DNA of 64,000 nt from an uncultured Acidimicrobiia bacterium (GTDB lineage: Bacteria > Actinomycetota > Acidimicrobiia > IMCC26256 > JAENVU01). The DNA lies in contig CAWIEA010000009.1 of assembly GCA_963835005.1 (NCBI GenBank), forward strand, positions 444,435 to 508,434, given 5' to 3'. Below, in pieces: positions 60,005 through 64,000 of the stretch. Under the pieces are notes generated by a model, which saw nothing but the letters and a program-made list of their open reading frames with translations, did not search any database and was not told where the DNA came from. The first letter of the stretch is position 1. Each line of letters starts with the position of its first letter. A program made the position numbers and the translations under genes.

Positions 60005-60385
60005 TCAGACGGCGCGGCACGGCCGGCGGGTCGCGACCACCGACGGCGGCACCGGCACCAGATCCCGCCGGTAGGTGCGGTGGACACGCTCGACCGCGTC
60101 GCGGGCCTCGCGACGCGCCCGCTCGAGGTCGCCGCGCAGCCGGTCGACCTCCTGCTCGAGCTCCAGGATCCGCGCCACGCCCGGGAGACCGACGCCCTGG
60201 GTGGTCAGCTCCTGGATCCGGCGGAGCAGTGCGATGTCGCGGTCCGAGTACCGACGGCTGCGGCCGACGGTGCGGGCGGGCTCGATGAGCCCCTTGCGCT
60301 CGTAGATGCGCAGCGTCTGCGGGTGCACGCCCGCGAGCTCGGCCGCCACCGAGATGATGTACAGCGCGCGTTCGTCGTTCGCCAT
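60005..60385 (-). CDS. hspR: Heat-shock repressor HspR (MerR family)
   Basis: It has YIISVAAELAGVHPQTLRIYERKGLIEP...RRYSDRDI and is the last gene of the dnaK operon. Confidence 0.9.
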   Translation of the reverse strand: MANDERALYIISVAAELAGVHPQTLRIYERKGLIEPARTVGRSRRYSDRDIALLRRIQELTTQGVGLPGVARILELEQEVDRLRGDLERARREARDAVERVHRTYRRDLVPVPPSVVATRRPCRAV

Positions 60386-60390
60386 CGTGG

Positions 60391-61575
60391 CTACACCTCC
60401 AGGTGCTCGCGCGGGTTCTCCGGGAACGCCGCGGCGAGCGCTTCGAGCGCGTGTCGCTGCTCGTCGTTGACCTTCTTCGGGACGTCGATGTCGAACGTGA
60501 CGTAGAGGTCGCCGGCCGAGCCCTTCGCCGGCGTGATGCCGCGGCCCTTGACCTTCTGGGTCGTGCCGCCCGGCGTCGGTCCCTTCACCTTCAGCGTGAC
60601 GGGATCGGTGAGCGTCGGCACCGTCACCTTGGTGCCGAGCGCGGCCTCGGTGACCGTGAGCGGGACGTGCACGGTCAGGTCGAGCTTGCCGCGCCGTCCG
60701 AAGATCGGGTGCGCCTTCACGTGCACGATCACGTAGAGGTCGCCCGACTGCCCACCGTTCGCGCCCGCGCCGCCGCGACCCTTCACGCGGATGCGCTGGC
60801 CGTCGTCGACGCCGGCGGGGATCTTCACCTTGACGTCGCGCGGCCGGACCTCGACGCCCGTGCCGCGGCAGTGCTTGCACGGCGACGAGATGATCGTGCC
60901 GCGCCCACCGCACGTCGGGCAGACCTGCGAGAACGAGAACGGGCCCTGGTCCACCGCGATCTGCCCGGAGCCGCCGCAGTCGGGGCACGGCTGGGGCACG
61001 GTCCCCGGCTCGGCGCCGTTGCCGTGGCACACCGAGCAGGTCGCGTCCGCGGTGAACGACACCGTCGTCGTGACGCCGTGGACTGCATCGAGGAAGTCGA
61101 GGTGCAGCTCGGTCTCGAGGTCCGCGCCGCGCTGGGGTGCCGAGCGCGCGTTGCGACCGCCGCGGTTGCGACCGAAGCCGAAACCACCGCCACCGCCGCC
61201 GCGCCCGCCGCCGCCGCCGTTGCCGAACAGCCCGCCGAGGAGGTCGGAGAAGTCGACACCCTCCTCGAACGTGAAGCCACCGCCACCACCGCCGGGCCCG
61301 CCGAAGCCGCTCGGACCCTGGGTGTACGCGCCCGACGCGACCATGCGCCGGACCTCGTCGTACTCCTTGCGCTTGGCGGCGTCACCGAGGACGTCGTTGG
61401 CCGCGGCGACCTCCTTGAACCTCTCCTCGGCCTCCTTGTTCCCCGGGTTCGCGTCGGGGTGGTACTGCTTCGCGAGCTTGCGGTAGGCGCGCGTGATGTC
61501 CTTCTCGGACGCGCCTTGCGGCACGCCGAGCACGGCGTAGTAGTCGGTGTCGAACCACTCGCGCTGAGGCGCCAT
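60391..61575 (-). CDS. dnaJ: Molecular chaperone DnaJ
   Basis: It has a J domain with HPD, a G/F region, four CxxCxGxG zinc motifs and a C-terminal domain. Confidence 0.9.
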   Translation of the reverse strand: MAPQREWFDTDYYAVLGVPQGASEKDITRAYRKLAKQYHPDANPGNKEAEERFKEVAAANDVLGDAAKRKEYDEVRRMVASGAYTQGPSGFGGPGGGGGGFTFEEGVDFSDLLGGLFGNGGGGGRGGGGGGFGFGRNRGGRNARSAPQRGADLETELHLDFLDAVHGVTTTVSFTADATCSVCHGNGAEPGTVPQPCPDCGGSGQIAVDQGPFSFSQVCPTCGGRGTIISSPCKHCRGTGVEVRPRDVKVKIPAGVDDGQRIRVKGRGGAGANGGQSGDLYVIVHVKAHPIFGRRGKLDLTVHVPLTVTEAALGTKVTVPTLTDPVTLKVKGPTPGGTTQKVKGRGITPAKGSAGDLYVTFDIDVPKKVNDEQRHALEALAAAFPENPREHLEV

Positions 61576-61580
61576 CGTTG

Positions 61581-62118
61581 CTATCTCGTGACCTTGACCA
61601 TGGCGGGCCGCAGCACGCGACCCTTCATGCGGTACCCGGTGCGGAGGATGTCGGAGACGACGGGCTCGCCGTCGCCGTCCTCCTGGAGCACGGCATCGTG
61701 CTCGTTCGGGTCGAACGGCTGGCCGCCGGCGTCGATGCGCTCGAGGCCGGCGCTCTCCAGCACCCCGACCAGCTCCGCGAACACGAGCTCGACGCCCTTG
61801 CGGACGCCGTCGCCCGCGTCGTCGAGCGAGTTCATCGCGAGCTCGAATGAGTCGAGCACCGGCAGGAGCTGCTCGACCAGGCCCTCCGTGGCCCGCTCGA
61901 GGTGCTCCGTCTGCCGACGGATCATCTGCTTCTTGTAGTTCTCGAAGTCGGCCTGCACCTGCTGGGCGAGCGCGCGCATCTGGTCGCGCTCGTCCGACAG
62001 GCGCGGCGAGATCCGCCTCGAGCACCGCGCCGGCCGCAGCCGCCGCGGGATCGTCGACGCCTTCGTCGTGTCCCGCGTCGGCTGCTGCCGTCGCCTCGTC
62101 TCCGGTCCGGGGCTCCAT
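61581..62118 (-). pseudogene. grpE: Nucleotide exchange factor GrpE, frame broken near 62005
   Basis: The C-terminal 132 aa are in ORF 61581..61979 (QADFENYKK...). The acidic N-terminus [14 protein letters not shown]... is in the frame of ORF 60391..62118. Confidence 0.85.
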
Positions 62119-62120
62119 GG

Positions 62121-63978
62121 TCAGGCGCCCTTCGCCTCGCCCTCGTCGACGATCTCGGCCTCGGCGACCTCGTCGTCGTCCGGAGCGGAGCCGGTCGCAC
62201 CCGCATCGGGACCCGCACCCGCGTCACCCGCGTTCTGCTGGGCCGACGCCGCTGCGTAGAGCCGCTGCGCGAACTCCTGGCTCGCGGCCACGAGCGCCTC
62301 GTGCGCCCGCTTGACCGCCTCGATGTCCGTGCCCGCAAGCGCGTCCTTGAGCGCCTTGAGCTCGGTCTCGATCTTCTCGCGCTCCGTGGGCTCGACCTTG
62401 TCGCCGTTCTCCTTCAACAGCTTCTCGGTCTGGAAGACGAGGTTGTCCGCGTTGTTGCGGACCTCGGCCTCCTCGCGCCGCTGACGGTCCTCCTCGGCGT
62501 GCGCCTCGGCGTCCTTCATCATTCGCTCGATCTCGTCCTTGCCGAGCGCGGTGCCGCCGGTGATCGTCATCTGCTGCTCCCGGCCGGTGCCGAGATCCTT
62601 CGCGGAGACGTTCACGATGCCGTTGGCGTCGATGTCGAACGTGACCTCGACCTGCGGGACGCCCCGCGGGGCCGGCGGGATGCCGACCAGCTGGAACGTG
62701 CCGAGCGTGTGGTTGCGGTAGGCCATCTCGCTCTCGCCCTGCAGCACCTTGATCTCCACCGACGGCTGGTTGTCGTCGGCCGTCGTGAAGACCTCCGACC
62801 GCTTGGTCGGGATCGTGGTGTTGCGGTCGATGAGCTTCGTCATGATCTGGCCCTTGGTCTCGATGCCGAGGGACAGCGGCGTGACGTCGAGGAGCAGGAC
62901 GTCCTTGACGTCGCCCTTCAGCACGCCGGCCTGGATGGCGGCACCGACCGCGACGGCCTCGTCGGGGTTGATGCCCTTGTCGCCGTCCTTGCCGGTGAGC
63001 TCGCGGACGAGCTCGGCCACCGCCGGCATGCGGGTCGAGCCACCGACGAGCAGGACCCGGTCGATCTGGTCCTTCGTCAGACCTGCGTCGCGGATCGCCT
63101 GCTCGAACGGGCCGCGGCACGCCTCGAGGAGATCGTGGGTCAGCTCCTGGAACTTCGAGCGGGAGAGCGAGAGCTCCAGGTGCAGCGGGCCGTCGGAGGT
63201 CGCGGTGATGAACGGCAGGTTGATGCTGGTCTCGGCCAGGCTCGACAGCTCGATCTTCGCCTTCTCGGCCGCCTCCTTGAGGCGCTGGGTGGCCATGCGG
63301 TCCACGCCGAGGTCGACGCCGTGCGCGTTCTTGAACTCGGCGACCATCCAGTCGATGACCCGCTGGTCCCAGTCGTCACCGCCGAGGTGGGTGTTGCCGG
63401 CGGTCGACTTGACCTCGAACACGCCCTCGCCGAGCTCGAGCACCGACACGTCGAACGTGCCGCCGCCGAGGTCGAAGACGAGGACCGTGACGTCGTTGTC
63501 CTTCTCGAGGCCGTAGGCCAGGGACGCGGCCGTCGGCTCGTTGATGATGCGCAGGACCTCGAGGCCCGCGATCTCGCCGGCCTCCTTCGTGGCCTGGCGC
63601 TCGGCGTCGCCGAAGTACGCGGGCACGGTGACGACGGCCTGGGTGACCGTGTCGCCGAAGTACGCCTCGGCGTCGCGCTTCAACTTCTGCAGGATGCGCG
63701 GCGGAGATCTCCTGCGCGTTGTACTGCTTGCCGTCGATGTCGATCGTCCAGGGCGTACCGATGTGGCGCTTCACGGACCGGATCGTTCGGTCGGGGTTCG
63801 TGATCGCCTGGCGCTTCGCGACCTCGCCGACGAGCACCTCGCCGGCCTTCGAGAACGCGACGACGGACGGAGTCGTCCGGTTCCCCTCGGCGTTGGGGAT
63901 GACCACGGGCTCGCCGCCCTCCAGGGCGGACACGACGGAGTTCGTGGTGCCGAGGTCGATTCCTACGGCCTTGGGCAT
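62121..63978 (-). pseudogene. dnaK: Molecular chaperone DnaK, frame broken near 63700
   Basis: GIDLGTTNS...KQYNAQEIS is in ORF 63376..63978. [14 protein letters not shown] through to the C-terminus is in ORF 62121..63683. There is one extra base in a GCCGCGC run. Confidence 0.95.
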
Positions 63979-64000
63979 GGGTGGGGACCTTTCCGGTTCA

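Noticed and set aside
1-64000. Frame breaks as programmed ribosomal frameshifts or recoding
   Set aside because: There is no shared slippery heptamer or downstream structure. The sites lie in GC or homopolymer runs, both +1 and -1 directions occur, and unrelated housekeeping genes are affected. Sequencing indels explain the pattern more simply.

Overview
This is a very GC-rich chromosomal segment of actinobacterial type (roughly 70 % GC by eye, not computed). It is gene-dense, with about 66 protein genes and 4 tRNAs. I saw no rRNA, CRISPR array, transposase, integrase or phage genes.

Gene content from left to right:
- DksA-like, LON-N-domain and SirB1-like genes.
- A copper and envelope-redox cluster: DsbA-like, MauE/DoxX, YcnI, a CopC-CopD fusion and a zf-HC2 anti-sigma factor, with a divergent ECF sigma factor and an unnamed membrane protein.
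- HIT, SDR and TIM-barrel genes.
- A second copper/haem cluster built around a YceI + cytochrome c + PHM/DBH-like monooxygenase fusion.
- SDR genes and an LLM oxidoreductase.
- A polyamine-uptake and omega-amine catabolism supercluster: mmsA, potC, potB, potD, potA, a patD-like aldehyde dehydrogenase, two class-III aminotransferases, an Lrp regulator and ald, with bioA-bioF-bioD embedded.
- csrA, an atypical LuxR regulator and tRNA-Lys.
- A GH1 glucosidase, murJ and a sulfotransferase.
- tRNA-Glu, tRNA-Asp and tRNA-Phe.
- A bldC-like gene and a ParA-like gene.
- A long purine operon: purA, purD, purB, purC, purS, purQ, a pyrE-like gene, purL, purF and purM.
- clpB and an MMPL transporter.
- Two cNMP-binding proteins, one fused to a patatin domain.
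- hspR-dnaJ-grpE-dnaK.

Two things stand out.
1. A family of about 90-nt repeats exactly fills five stop-to-start intercistronic gaps, in the manner of mycobacterial MIRUs. One locus is tandemly duplicated together with the ald start codon.
2. There are about 25 apparent single-base frameshifts, including in dnaK, grpE, clpB and purL. I read these as assembly indels rather than biology. Frame-broken genes are typed pseudogene only to describe the sequence literally.

I found no convincing defence island or wholly new multi-gene system. The most system-like candidates are the two copper-themed clusters.
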